Below are positions 9,832-20,367 of a stretch of 64,000 bases of DNA, in pieces; the first letter of the stretch is position 1; each line of letters opens with the position of its first letter. The DNA comes from a virus, in IMG/VR virus record IMGVR_UViG_3300028829_002760, positions 1-64,000 of that record; one strand, 5' to 3'. Below the pieces are notes generated by a model, which searched no databases, was not told the origin of the DNA, and worked only from the letters and a program-made list of their open reading frames with translations. The translations under genes and the position numbers were made by a program.

Positions 9832-11490
9832 TTATTCACAGTTAAACGATTCAATTGCTGTACAAGGTTCTAAATAAACAACAAATCCTTCTAATCTTAT
9901 AGCAAACCCTCCTATTTGATCAGGTTCACCACCATCACAATCAAAAGTATAAGTATCAGTTGCAAAGTCTACTTGTAAAGGGGTAGCACCAGATGCACCA
10001 TTATTATGAATATTTGTAGATGCGGATGTATAAAAGGGAGCATTATCACCAGCTTTAACATCACTTACAATATATCTTAAATGAGATTGACCAATGCCAG
10101 AACCTATTGCTACTGTATTTTCTTCTACATCTTTTATCGTCTGTAGACTTAATACTCCACTACTATCCATTGACGGTCTCAAAATTGAAGATAATGATAA
10201 ACCTGTACTAATTTCACCTAACTGTCCAAGAATTTGTCTTGTACTAATTATCCAATTATATGTATTAGCACCATCTAAAGTAGTAAGTGCGGGTAAAACA
10301 GAAGTTGGAATAACAGGGTTGCTATTATTAAACTTAATTGCACCTCCTGCAATTACAGTACAACCTCCTACACCTTGAAAAACTTGATTTCTTTGCGTAC
10401 CTACATAAATAGGCTGAGTATAATTTATAACATTACCTGCACCATCATCAATAGGAATCATAGCAGATCCTCTAAAATGAATTTGATTACCCATTCTTCT
10501 ACATTGAGGTTTTTGTACCCCTGGGCTAAAGAAATCAAAACCTAGTAAATCTACCCAACCAGTATCCTGAACTTGTGCTGAAACCTCATATGTAGTTGTA
10601 TTACCTAGTGTAGTTGAAGTAACATCAATACCATCTCCTGCTGTAACAACTGTTATTGGAATTTCTAATTTACTTAAATAATTATAAGTATCACATATAA
10701 CTAACCATATGTTAGTAATTGAATCTGCTACTGTTGCTGGTGAATTTATCCAACCTCCTAATGATGCAAATGTTACACCTCCATCTAAAGTTAAACTATC
10801 ACCATTTATACATTGTGTTGCTACAGCACTAAGTAAATCTGAAGGTAAACCTGTTGCACCTAATAAAGCACAATATCCATAAACATCATCATTTACTAAT
10901 GCATTTAAAACTACGTCTATAGAATATGCATTACCCCCTACAACAACACCATCATCTAATGTACAATTAATTAATATGCTAGGTAATGTAAATGTAGGAT
11001 CTGTCTTTCCTTCAAGTAACGTAATTCTTATGTCTAAACTATCTATTTGTGTTTGCAGCTCTCCAATTTGATCAATTAAAGCACAAACTTTAGTTGCAAT
11101 CATTTGAACATACTCAATGAGTTGCATTGTTGTTGTCCCATCTTCTTGAAAACAATCTGCTATAGTTACAACACAATCAGGACATCCTGATTCAGATCCT
11201 GTACTTTCAGTAGGTATATTTTGTAGTTCACATATTTTTTCAATTAATAATTGAATTAATGCTTGAAAATCTTCAGGACCACAATTAGTAATGTTTAAAC
11301 AAGATAAGTCATAATTACTGACGTTTGTTTGCTCTAATATTTTACATAATTCCGTTGCTAATTTATCTACTACATCAGATACTGTATCTCCAGTACATAA
11401 TTCAATACACTCAATAGCGGGTCCTTGCCATACCACACAATTAGATGATACTGGTGAACACGGTTTGTTATCTAAATTTAAAGGTTTCAT
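9832..11490 (-). CDS. Tail fibre-like structural protein
   Basis: 552 aa; CVVWQGP N-terminus resembling the neighbour's, coiled coil, DTGWVDL...RRMGNQIHFRG fibre motif. Confidence 0.6.
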   Translation of the reverse strand: MKPLNLDNKPCSPVSSNCVVWQGPAIECIELCTGDTVSDVVDKLATELCKILEQTNVSNYDLSCLNITNCGPEDFQALIQLLIEKICELQNIPTESTGSESGCPDCVVTIADCFQEDGTTTMQLIEYVQMIATKVCALIDQIGELQTQIDSLDIRITLLEGKTDPTFTLPSILINCTLDDGVVVGGNAYSIDVVLNALVNDDVYGYCALLGATGLPSDLLSAVATQCINGDSLTLDGGVTFASLGGWINSPATVADSITNIWLVICDTYNYLSKLEIPITVVTAGDGIDVTSTTLGNTTTYEVSAQVQDTGWVDLLGFDFFSPGVQKPQCRRMGNQIHFRGSAMIPIDDGAGNVINYTQPIYVGTQRNQVFQGVGGCTVIAGGAIKFNNSNPVIPTSVLPALTTLDGANTYNWIISTRQILGQLGEISTGLSLSSILRPSMDSSGVLSLQTIKDVEENTVAIGSGIGQSHLRYIVSDVKAGDNAPFYTSASTNIHNNGASGATPLQVDFATDTYTFDCDGGEPDQIGGFAIRLEGFVVYLEPCTAIESFNCE

Positions 11491-11517
11491 ATGTTTTCTC
11501 TATTTATAATATACAAA

Positions 11518-14493
11518 TTAATTTCCAGATTTGCAAGTCAAACAATTATTTGAAGAATGATCATTACAATCACATTCAGAACATTTATAATCTGGATCTT
11601 TTAAAGCCTGTAAATCAATTAATTCTTTTTTAACCATCCATTTACGATCATCTTCTGGACAACAGTTAGTTATACCATATCTTTTTTCTAATACAATTTT
11701 ATACATTACATCAGCAAAATTACATGTAATCATATCATATTTTTCTGGTGTACAGATAGGAGTATTATAACCTGGAGTTACTACTCTTTTATTTGGAAAT
11801 GTTCTTGGTGGACATACACCATGTTTACATTCACCAAATGTTTCAAAATAATCTGTATCAATTCCAGGTTCAGGACCTACACATTCTTCTGTAAATATAT
11901 CTTGATTATTTTCCCAAGTTCCTATTGGACAGTCAGAAGCAGAGCCTCCACCATCTAATTCATAATATACACCATTGAAAAGAAGTTGCCAAATCTTACC
12001 AGTAAAAAGTATTTGAGCCCCTGTTCCTTGATTTTCATATATTGGTCCATATTCGTTAGAACCAACTATAGTAAATACATATGTTACAGGAACCCTTTCT
12101 GTTGCATCAGTTAATGTAATACATTCACAGAGTCCTGGAAGCCATTTTAGAATACATATTCTTCCACTTGATTCATGTGGACCTAATGCTATAGATTGAG
12201 TTTCACCATCACAATCTATATATTGATAATTTTTTGTTATTACATCAGAGTAGTTAGTAACTTGAGAACACGTACAAACATGATCTTCTTCACATGCTAA
12301 ACAATCAGCATGAATTTCAGTAACAACAACTATTCCTGCTCCTGCATATATTGATTCTGGGTTTTCAACTAAATTAACTGTCCAACATTCATCACAATTC
12401 TCAACGTTAATAACTTTACCTACAAGTAAAGAAAGATCCGTATATGTATAAATGTTATCTGCTATACCAGCACAGTCTACTAATTCATAATAAGTTCTAG
12501 TACAACTTGTACAATTATCATAAAGACCTTCAAGTTTTATAGCTTGAAAATTTGGTGGCTTATAATCAATTAATTCTACTTTATAACATCCACAATCTGT
12601 TTTTATAACTTGACCTACAAATGCTTCTAAGTTTAAAGAACTATAAATTACACCACCACCTTCACATGATGTTAGTTTATAATAAATAGATTTTATACAA
12701 TCATCACATTCATCATATGATCTAACAACAGTTACGTCTATTAAACAATCACATGGATCTACATCTGGATCAGCAAGACTTACTTCCCAACATCCTTCTC
12801 TACCTAATATCTCAACTACATTAGTACCTGTAAATGCGTACTGATATAAAACATCTGAATTACTAGTTATTACGTCACCTGTTTCACATTCCGTTAGTAG
12901 AAAGCATAGTTCTGGACATTCTGCTAAATCATCATTTATTTCACAATTCCCTATTTCAATAGCACTATATATACTTAAATCAGTTCCTGCTTCAGGGACT
13001 GGTGGTATTTTAGAACATATTCTTATATTTGGAGATGCATCTATTGCCGATATGGTTGTAAATTGATCATTTTCATCTACTATAGAAAATCCATTACTAT
13101 TTTGAACAAACCAACATCTTAGACTACAATCACAAACAACTCCTGTAGGTACTGTAGTTGTAGTAGTATCATTACAATATTCTGTATCAGTTAAAACTAC
13201 ATATGCACATCCTGTATATTCAGGACCAGATACTTCTACAAAAGTACTCTCATATGGTGCGTAAGATTCATCAATAGAAACAAATGGTTCTGTACCATCA
13301 CATGGTATTATTAAATAACAATCACACTCTAAAGGTACACTTTCAGTTATTTTACATAAAGGGACTCCTTGACAGTAATCAACTTCTGACCCATCTGGAC
13401 ATGAATAAACACCTGGATTCTCTGGATCTGGAACAGATTGTCCTATATAATCTCTAGTACTAAATATAATATAAGGTTCTAATTGAGCTTCAGTACTACC
13501 ACAATTTCCTGCTCCTATAGCAGGAGATAGTAAATTTGCTTGAAACTGTGCAAGTGTTATATCATATATTTCACTAGCAAATGCTGCTGAAGATCCTAAA
13601 TTAACACCTGTTAATTTAATAGTATGAATACCAGGAGTTAATGTTATTGGAAAAGTATGCCAATAATTAAATGGAACAGGGTTGGAAGCATTTGCATCTA
13701 AAAATACAGCAAGAGTTCCATCAATATAAAATTTAATTTTATTATCACCTGCAGCACCAATTAAGTATTGTTTAGTTTGGGGACCAGGGATATCTACACA
13801 AAATTCAAAAGATAATTCTTCATTATCAGGAAATCCTGTTGCCCATATACCAGCTTTATTTAATCTTCCACCACTCAATCCAGTACTACATCCTACGACA
13901 TTAGTTCCAAAAGCTTCATTACTAACAGTATCTGTTGCTATTACTGCTGGACCAATTCCATTATCTTCATTTAATGTATAAGTTGCAGGAGGACCACTAC
14001 CTAATATTGGCCAAATTAATGAGCTAATATCTGGATATAACCTTACACCGAATTTACAATAATTAGTATTTTTATTACCTGCTACTATTGGTAATAATTC
14101 TCCAGTATATTCAGCTATAGTTTCTAGTATTCTTTCACATTGATCAGTTTCTGTATTATATGTAAATCCTTCAGGACACTCACAAAATGGTAGTGGGTCA
14201 CATTCTGCACATGATTCAGGATCATCACAACCTCCTTGTCCTGTTAAATCAAATCCTGCTGCAGTAGGTGTTGTAGGATAGGTTACAACATCAGTAGTAG
14301 TTTCACGAAAAAATGTATAACATTGACCAGGGATTAGTTCTCCTCCAGTTCCTAGATAAGGTGTTGCGCCTATGTACGTATATATACTACCAGTCTCTAA
14401 ACCTGTTGAACCTCTAAATAATATTTCAGTACCATCACAACAACTTACAAATCTTGTAATTACTGTGCTGGCTTGGTTAAGATCTTCACTCAT
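11518..14493 (-). CDS. Large Cys-rich repeat structural protein with PA14-like segment
   Basis: 991 aa; repeated (Y/F)xLxxC...VI...C(W/Y)xV...CxxC units; GDNKIKFYIDG...HTIKL segment. Confidence 0.55.
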   Translation of the reverse strand: MSEDLNQASTVITRFVSCCDGTEILFRGSTGLETGSIYTYIGATPYLGTGGELIPGQCYTFFRETTTDVVTYPTTPTAAGFDLTGQGGCDDPESCAECDPLPFCECPEGFTYNTETDQCERILETIAEYTGELLPIVAGNKNTNYCKFGVRLYPDISSLIWPILGSGPPATYTLNEDNGIGPAVIATDTVSNEAFGTNVVGCSTGLSGGRLNKAGIWATGFPDNEELSFEFCVDIPGPQTKQYLIGAAGDNKIKFYIDGTLAVFLDANASNPVPFNYWHTFPITLTPGIHTIKLTGVNLGSSAAFASEIYDITLAQFQANLLSPAIGAGNCGSTEAQLEPYIIFSTRDYIGQSVPDPENPGVYSCPDGSEVDYCQGVPLCKITESVPLECDCYLIIPCDGTEPFVSIDESYAPYESTFVEVSGPEYTGCAYVVLTDTEYCNDTTTTTVPTGVVCDCSLRCWFVQNSNGFSIVDENDQFTTISAIDASPNIRICSKIPPVPEAGTDLSIYSAIEIGNCEINDDLAECPELCFLLTECETGDVITSNSDVLYQYAFTGTNVVEILGREGCWEVSLADPDVDPCDCLIDVTVVRSYDECDDCIKSIYYKLTSCEGGGVIYSSLNLEAFVGQVIKTDCGCYKVELIDYKPPNFQAIKLEGLYDNCTSCTRTYYELVDCAGIADNIYTYTDLSLLVGKVINVENCDECWTVNLVENPESIYAGAGIVVVTEIHADCLACEEDHVCTCSQVTNYSDVITKNYQYIDCDGETQSIALGPHESSGRICILKWLPGLCECITLTDATERVPVTYVFTIVGSNEYGPIYENQGTGAQILFTGKIWQLLFNGVYYELDGGGSASDCPIGTWENNQDIFTEECVGPEPGIDTDYFETFGECKHGVCPPRTFPNKRVVTPGYNTPICTPEKYDMITCNFADVMYKIVLEKRYGITNCCPEDDRKWMVKKELIDLQALKDPDYKCSECDCNDHSSNNCLTCKSGN

Positions 14494-14654
14494 TTTTTAA
14501 TGAACTTTTGTAAATTTCCTTTATTATCTGTATTGGTTTTTACTGATTTTTCATAACTACTTTTGCAACTTCTACAAACTACAGTTCCATTTGATGCTTT
14601 TGCTTTCTGACATCCACAACTTAGTTTTCTCTTACAATTAGGACATGAACTCAT
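14490..14654 (-). CDS. Small Cys-rich 54-aa protein (not in ORF track)
   Basis: MSSCPNCKRKLSCGCQKAKASNGTVVCRSCK...; ATGA overlap with downstream gene. Confidence 0.75.
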   Translation of the reverse strand: MSSCPNCKRKLSCGCQKAKASNGTVVCRSCKSSYEKSVKTNTDNKGNLQKFIKK

Positions 14655-14672
14655 TTTTGTTGGTTTTAAAAT

Positions 14673-15215
14673 TTAACAATGTTTACAATCCAATTTATTT
14701 AATAGTTTTACTGCATAATTAAACAAAGACATACCAGCTTGATTTTCATGACATGTTTCCACTTTTGCTTTAGCAGCTTCTAAATACATTCTAATTAAAT
14801 TTAATTCTTTTAATTTATCTTTTACTTGAGACGGTGGATCACAATCTCCTGCATCAATATTACAAAGTATCTTTTCATATTTGTTTAATGCACAAGTAAT
14901 TCTTAAATGGTTATAATCTACATAAACCGTAGCTTCGGGATTTGCAATATATTTTATACCATATATACCATCAGGTAAATTAACAAATGATGAATCACAA
15001 TTTTCAAGTTGTAAATCTAAATCACATGCTGTTAATGTAGGAGATGATTGTGGTACAAAAGGTAGTTCAGCTACATTAGTATATCCTGGAACTACAATTT
15101 CTAACCTAGGATTATGAATTCCTACTAAAGCAGAATAAACAGATGTATCTACAATTTTAAAAATACAAGGGTTTGATACTGTAGGAATTTCTAAACTCAA
15201 TACATGATTTGCCAT
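14673..15215 (-). CDS. Hypothetical virion protein
   Basis: 180 aa; LPDGIYGIKY Ig-like motif seen in crAss-like structural genes. Confidence 0.5.
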   Translation of the reverse strand: MANHVLSLEIPTVSNPCIFKIVDTSVYSALVGIHNPRLEIVVPGYTNVAELPFVPQSSPTLTACDLDLQLENCDSSFVNLPDGIYGIKYIANPEATVYVDYNHLRITCALNKYEKILCNIDAGDCDPPSQVKDKLKELNLIRMYLEAAKAKVETCHENQAGMSLFNYAVKLLNKLDCKHC

Positions 15216-15227
15216 AACTATAATAAT

Positions 15228-15271
15228 AAAAAAAAGGAGAGGGAGAGATAATATACCCTCACTCTCCTTTT
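15228..15271 (-). terminator. Intrinsic terminator
   Basis: AAAAGGAGAG..CTCTCCTTTT inverted repeat with long U-tract on minus strand. Confidence 0.75.
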
Positions 15272-15294
15272 ATGAGTTGTTAACGTTTATTTAA

Positions 15295-16644
15295 TTAAGA
15301 TAAAGCTGGTAGTGGTACCAAAGGATCTGATTCATCACAACCTTTTGGTTCTTTAAGATCTTCAATTAAACAATCTGATTCACATGCTGTTACCCAAGTA
15401 GATAAAGCATCGAATACAGTAGTGTCACCAGCAGGAACAACAATCTCTAACAAGTATTGATCGTTATCAAATGTTCCAGTTGGGTTATACAAACGTGGAA
15501 TGTTATGTTGTAGATATACTCTGTCATAAATGTCATTTCTATCAATTCCAGCTGCTTCAACTAGTGAATTTCCTTGAGTAATCTCACGAATTCTAAGATC
15601 AGTTGCAAGGAAGTTTTGACGATAAGACTCTGACATGATTACATCACGTACTACAGTTTCTCCAATTCCATTTGCTTGAAGTCCATAACATTGTACACCA
15701 ACACAAAGAGAATCAAACTCACATGGTGAACCTGTTAAATCTACCTCAGAAGCATAAACTCTTACTGGTTCTAATTCATAGAAATCAGTAGGTTGGAAAG
15801 TACAGTTTTGAAACTTAGTTTCATAATAAGCACCTGTAAGCACTACTCCTGCACAAAGATCAGTTCCATCAGCAGCAGCTGTAAAATCTGAATAATTTGC
15901 ATAAGTTACATCAGCAATTACTGGAAGAGTAGTAGTGTCTACATTATTTGGATAATAATAAGTCCATGTAGCACCGTCATCATCAGACCAAGTTACAACT
16001 GGGTAAACAAATGGGTTGATTAAGGTATCTTCCAAAATTTGTTCTGCCCATGCAATCATTACAATTCCTGGATCAACAGAAATTGGAGCAATATCAGCAT
16101 CCTCATTTGGACAACATCCTGTATAAGCCTCAAGTGTCAAGTATGAGTTACGATCTAAATATCTCATTGCAGCAGAACCTTTAACATCTAAACGAAGATA
16201 GTAAGTCTCACCACAAAGAAAACTTTTACAGCAATCACCTGCAGTTTCTCCTGGATTACTTGAGTCAGGTGCATTTGCAACTGTCCAAGGAGTTAATCCT
16301 ACATGTGTTACATAATTTTGAGGTAAATTACCTGGAGCACGATATAATCTGCTCACATATTTACCTTTAATTGTTTTGGATTTGTTAGATTCAGTGTATC
16401 CACCATGAAAAGGTCCAATCTTGTCATTAGGCATAAAAGAGCCTCCTGCAAGAATAAACTCACAACAATCTGTTGCTGGTGTTGGTGTTACTTGAAAAGT
16501 TTTAGGATCGATAAATGTAATCTCTCCTGGTGCCAAAACATTTGCTGGTGACGTACCGAGTTGTACACCAGTTAAGCTAGAAATACCATCATCACCATTA
16601 GTGGCAACAAAGGTTTTCTTAAAAGCATGTGAAAAATAAGCCAT
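15295..16644 (-). CDS. Abundant virion protein (auxiliary capsid candidate)
   Basis: 449 aa; own promoter-like motif and terminator; structural module. Confidence 0.45.
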   Translation of the reverse strand: MAYFSHAFKKTFVATNGDDGISSLTGVQLGTSPANVLAPGEITFIDPKTFQVTPTPATDCCEFILAGGSFMPNDKIGPFHGGYTESNKSKTIKGKYVSRLYRAPGNLPQNYVTHVGLTPWTVANAPDSSNPGETAGDCCKSFLCGETYYLRLDVKGSAAMRYLDRNSYLTLEAYTGCCPNEDADIAPISVDPGIVMIAWAEQILEDTLINPFVYPVVTWSDDDGATWTYYYPNNVDTTTLPVIADVTYANYSDFTAAADGTDLCAGVVLTGAYYETKFQNCTFQPTDFYELEPVRVYASEVDLTGSPCEFDSLCVGVQCYGLQANGIGETVVRDVIMSESYRQNFLATDLRIREITQGNSLVEAAGIDRNDIYDRVYLQHNIPRLYNPTGTFDNDQYLLEIVVPAGDTTVFDALSTWVTACESDCLIEDLKEPKGCDESDPLVPLPALS

Positions 16645-16711
16645 TGTTTTTTAAATTTTAATTAATATATAAATACATAATAATATAGTAAAAAGAATCG
16701 AGATATCAAAA

Positions 16712-17212
16712 TTATTTCAAGAAAAGTAACTTATACTTAGCTGAATTCATTGAGTCTTTTACTAGATCTAAATTATTAACTATTTCTGAGTATGGAAGCA
16801 TTGCTTGTAATTTACATATCATACCACACATATCTCTTATGTAATTTAAAGCATCACTTACATCATCTAAAGTTCTACAACTTACTGAATTATATGCAAG
16901 AAGCTTTTCTGCAGCACCTTGATACCCTTCTGCTAATACATCAGCATGACCAGGTAATGCATCATATAATTCATTTAAAGCTTTATGAGCTGCGTATGAA
17001 CCTTCACCTGTCACCTTTAAATGTAATTTGTGAAAACTAGTTGCAGCATTCATAAGTTCAGACACACATGATGACACCATATGATCTAAAGAACTTCCAC
17101 CTACACCTTTATCTTCTGTAGGTTTAGCTTCTATAGGTTTGCTATTTACAATAGGTTTAGCAAGTTTTTTAACTGCTTGTCTTTTTTTAAGTAATCTAGG
17201 TTTTGCTTCCAT
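16712..17212 (-). CDS. Ferritin-like/Dps-type protein
   Basis: HKLHL...SYAAHKALNELYD...DVLAEGYQG ferroxidase-like residues; C-terminal KYKL. Confidence 0.75.
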   Translation of the reverse strand: MEAKPRLLKKRQAVKKLAKPIVNSKPIEAKPTEDKGVGGSSLDHMVSSCVSELMNAATSFHKLHLKVTGEGSYAAHKALNELYDALPGHADVLAEGYQGAAEKLLAYNSVSCRTLDDVSDALNYIRDMCGMICKLQAMLPYSEIVNNLDLVKDSMNSAKYKLLFLK

Positions 17213-17217
17213 TTTAA

Positions 17218-17916
17218 TTAGTTACTACGTTCAGCAGATTGTTGTGTTCTAGTAAATTGATTACCTGATTCTATATCACCAGCTAAAATACTCACTGCTT
17301 CATCAATTATTAGCTCTACAATATCATCTTTAAATTCAGATTCTACTTCTTGAGTAGATGTTTCTCCAGTATAAGGATCTGTACAATTAACAATCTGTAT
17401 TTGAGTAGGTTGTCTATAATATGTAAGAGAAGCCTCCTCTATATTAAATTCATCATTTGTATATAAATGAACTGTATCATTTATTAAAGTAGCAAAAGTT
17501 TCTCCCCATTCAAAATTAGGTTGTTTAGACTTATCTCTCAAAAGTTGATTAAGATTACCTTCTTCTGCAAGATATACTGTCATTTTTCTACCATCACAAC
17601 AATCTTTATTTGCATCAATATCTACACGTTTCCATTGTAGATAATCTTCAGGTATATTACCCTCATAATAAAGACTTTTTTTATTAATAGCTAATGGTTC
17701 GTTAATTAACAATTTTTGAAGATCATCTTTTCTTCTAGTAGATTGCTCATCACCTTCTTTAACAATATTGAGTCCATGTAACTGTCTTCTAGCCCATTCT
17801 ACCTGAGCTTTATTAAAAGATTCAACAATTTGCCAGCAGTTTATATTATCATAATCTTGACTATCTAACTTGTTAAGTCTTTCTTTCATTTTTATACTAA
17901 TAGCACTATTAAGCAT
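17218..17916 (-). CDS. Head-tail ring/adaptor protein
   Basis: 232 aa; IPEDYL and LTYYRQP motifs of crAss-like ring proteins. Confidence 0.5.
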   Translation of the reverse strand: MLNSAISIKMKERLNKLDSQDYDNINCWQIVESFNKAQVEWARRQLHGLNIVKEGDEQSTRRKDDLQKLLINEPLAINKKSLYYEGNIPEDYLQWKRVDIDANKDCCDGRKMTVYLAEEGNLNQLLRDKSKQPNFEWGETFATLINDTVHLYTNDEFNIEEASLTYYRQPTQIQIVNCTDPYTGETSTQEVESEFKDDIVELIIDEAVSILAGDIESGNQFTRTQQSAERSN

Positions 17917-17922
17917 AATTAT

Positions 17923-18072
17923 TTATTTTCTTCTTAACGATTTAGCAGTAATGACTTTTTTTACAGGTCCATCACATCTACAAGAATGTTTACGAATAGC
18001 ACCACCACTCATATATTTAGCACCCCCACATTTCATGTCTTGAGCACCTCCGTAGTTCATATATCTTTTCAT
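17923..18072 (-). CDS. 49-aa peptide with three M-x(1,2)-GG motifs (not in ORF track)
   Basis: MKRYMNYGGAQDMKCGGAKYMSGGAIRKHSCRCDG... Confidence 0.65.
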   Translation of the reverse strand: MKRYMNYGGAQDMKCGGAKYMSGGAIRKHSCRCDGPVKKVITAKSLRRK

Positions 18073-18201
18073 AACTATTTATTTTTTAAATTTAAATAAA
18101 GACCCCCATTTTTTGGGAGCCTTTTTAGTTGGTTTAGTGTATTCTTTTTTTAAACAGTTAATAGATAAATATATTAAACTGTTACTTAAATTTTCTATCA
18201 T

Positions 18202-19224
18202 TTACAAATTCCAATATTTTTCACAAGCTTCAGTAAGATCATTTAATATATCTTCATGAAGTGGATTTTTCAAATGTTCAATTATATCTGACACATTTCT
18301 ACCAAGTAAATTTTGTGTTTTTGTATGATAAATGTATCCATCAGACTTAGTTGTGATATACTTAAAAAAACTTGAATCTCTAACTATAGATTTAATTTTT
18401 AATGTTTCCATGTCAAGCTTAGTAGCTTCTATAAACTGTTTAGCAGCTCTTTCTTTCTTTTTCTCTGCACCATCTCCTGAAATATGTCTATCCATATTTT
18501 CATAAATAACATCTTTTGGAGTTGTCTTTTTATATTGAGCACTTTGAGCATCAACAACTTTAGCAATATAAAATAGTTTAGTACTATTTTTATCATATAA
18601 TTTTTGTAATTCTGAGTAAGCCTTATTTCTAAGTTTTTTATACTCAGTTCTTACCATTACAGTTTCTTCCTCTTTATCTAAATAAAATTTAGGTGGAGTA
18701 GGTAGAGATCTTGCATCATCATAACTTTTTGCTATCATAGCAAATCCTCCTGCTTCAATAGCATATAATTTGATTCTATCAAAAGGTTTTTTGGGATCAA
18801 GATATAAAGGTTGATTACCACAAGAAATATCTATCTTATTCCAAAATTCTTTATTGTCAGGTTTTAGTAAGGTAACCTTATTCCAAAAGTCTGCATCTTC
18901 AGAATCAATAATATTTGATGCTAATTCTTTTTCTAATTCAGCAACTGATTTTCTGATTTGTTTTACTCTAGCTTCTTTATCGTCTTGAGTTAAAGTTTTA
19001 ATTTCTGGTGCAAATTCATTAAGTCCTGTTACATATCTAATGACACCATTAAGCTCTAAACAAGCAAGTTGTTCATTGTGTGTAACACCATCAAATAAGC
19101 TCATACCGTGATCTTCTAATCCCATGTTACTAGCTTGTTGGTCAAAATAAGGTCTTACTGCAATAGCTGTTTTTCTATTGTTACCAGTTTCAACTATTGT
19201 GTAATCTGTTGTTTGTGTTTTCAT
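18202..19224 (-). CDS. Hypothetical protein of head module
   Basis: 340 aa ORF in structural operon. Confidence 0.6.
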   Translation of the reverse strand: MKTQTTDYTIVETGNNRKTAIAVRPYFDQQASNMGLEDHGMSLFDGVTHNEQLACLELNGVIRYVTGLNEFAPEIKTLTQDDKEARVKQIRKSVAELEKELASNIIDSEDADFWNKVTLLKPDNKEFWNKIDISCGNQPLYLDPKKPFDRIKLYAIEAGGFAMIAKSYDDARSLPTPPKFYLDKEEETVMVRTEYKKLRNKAYSELQKLYDKNSTKLFYIAKVVDAQSAQYKKTTPKDVIYENMDRHISGDGAEKKKERAAKQFIEATKLDMETLKIKSIVRDSSFFKYITTKSDGYIYHTKTQNLLGRNVSDIIEHLKNPLHEDILNDLTEACEKYWNL

Positions 19225-19280
19225 TTTATGTTGGTTTTTTAATTAAAAATTGGCAGGGGGGTATCCCCTGCCGTTATATA

Positions 19281-19688
19281 TTAAGATCCGAATCTTTCTA
19301 TAGCATTTGCAAGACGTTGAGACTTAAGTTCATCTCTATATTCTTGTTTTTGTTCTTTAGTCATTTTTTCCTCTTTAAGTGGAAACTTTTGACCTTTTCC
19401 TATTAATTTTTGTTTTAGTTGTGCCTCAAACAAAAATGATCTGTTTCTATAAAAAGGATTATTACTTACTGTAATACTTACTTTTTGTTTTTCTAGTGTT
19501 TTACCAGGATCTGGTTTTGGAAATTCACCATCTTCACTTTTAACTACACCTTTTTCAATTGGTTTTTCCATTACAGTTGTATAGTCTTCTCCAGCATATT
19601 GATATTCTACTTTAACATCACCTTTTAAAGTTCTAACTAAAGTATCCTTTGCGTTTACAACTTTTAGGACTTCTTTTGTTTCTTCCAT
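19281..19688 (-). CDS. Hypothetical protein
   Basis: 135 aa ORF followed by hairpin at 19251-19273. Confidence 0.6.
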   Translation of the reverse strand: MEETKEVLKVVNAKDTLVRTLKGDVKVEYQYAGEDYTTVMEKPIEKGVVKSEDGEFPKPDPGKTLEKQKVSITVSNNPFYRNRSFLFEAQLKQKLIGKGQKFPLKEEKMTKEQKQEYRDELKSQRLANAIERFGS

Positions 19689-19707
19689 GATTAATCTTTT
19701 AACTAAT

Positions 19708-20298
19708 TTATAATAATTCTAATGATACTTCAACACCTTGTTCAACTATAAAATCAAAATCAAGGTAAATTTCTGCTTCAAAATCAAATGAAGAAATAGT
19801 AGTTACTGAAATTACATTTTCTTCTACAGGTGCTCCTGTATTATCTTGACTTAATGTCATAAATAAAGGAAAATCAGTAATGTCAGCACCAGCTTGTTCT
19901 ATCAAAGATGCACCATTTGCAATTGGAGTATGTTCATATCCAAAACCTGAAGCTGTATCACTTGAAACTGTTAAACTACGATCACTAATTATAATCATAG
20001 GACCTTCTTCAACTACTACTGAACCAAAAAATTCTGTACCTACATAAAGTCCACTACCTGGATCTAATGTACCTGTTGCAAATGGTTGAAAACCTCTTAA
20101 TGAATAAACATTATAAGTTGTTCCTCCATACTCAACAGTTTTGTTTTTTTGTTTTGCAATTGTTGTTGAATTATCTAATAGTCCTGGTACTAAAGTATCA
20201 GTGGTTCTTAAACCTAATAACCTAAGTGCTTTATCAACACTTAAATTCATATATTGCCAAAATTGTGTTCTTTTTGATCTAAATTCTTTTATTGCCAT
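19708..20298 (-). CDS. Hypothetical protein (possible capsid decoration)
   Basis: 196 aa directly downstream of MCP. Confidence 0.45.
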   Translation of the reverse strand: MAIKEFRSKRTQFWQYMNLSVDKALRLLGLRTTDTLVPGLLDNSTTIAKQKNKTVEYGGTTYNVYSLRGFQPFATGTLDPGSGLYVGTEFFGSVVVEEGPMIIISDRSLTVSSDTASGFGYEHTPIANGASLIEQAGADITDFPLFMTLSQDNTGAPVEENVISVTTISSFDFEAEIYLDFDFIVEQGVEVSLELL

Positions 20299-20311
20299 TT
20301 TTAATTTTTTT

Positions 20312-20345
20312 AAAAAAAAAGGGAGGAGTATTTTACCCCTCCCAA
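20312..20345 (-). terminator. Terminator after major capsid gene
   Basis: GGGAGG..CCTCCC stem with U-tract on minus strand. Confidence 0.7.
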
Positions 20346-20367
20346 TTTAGGTTGTGTGTATTATATT

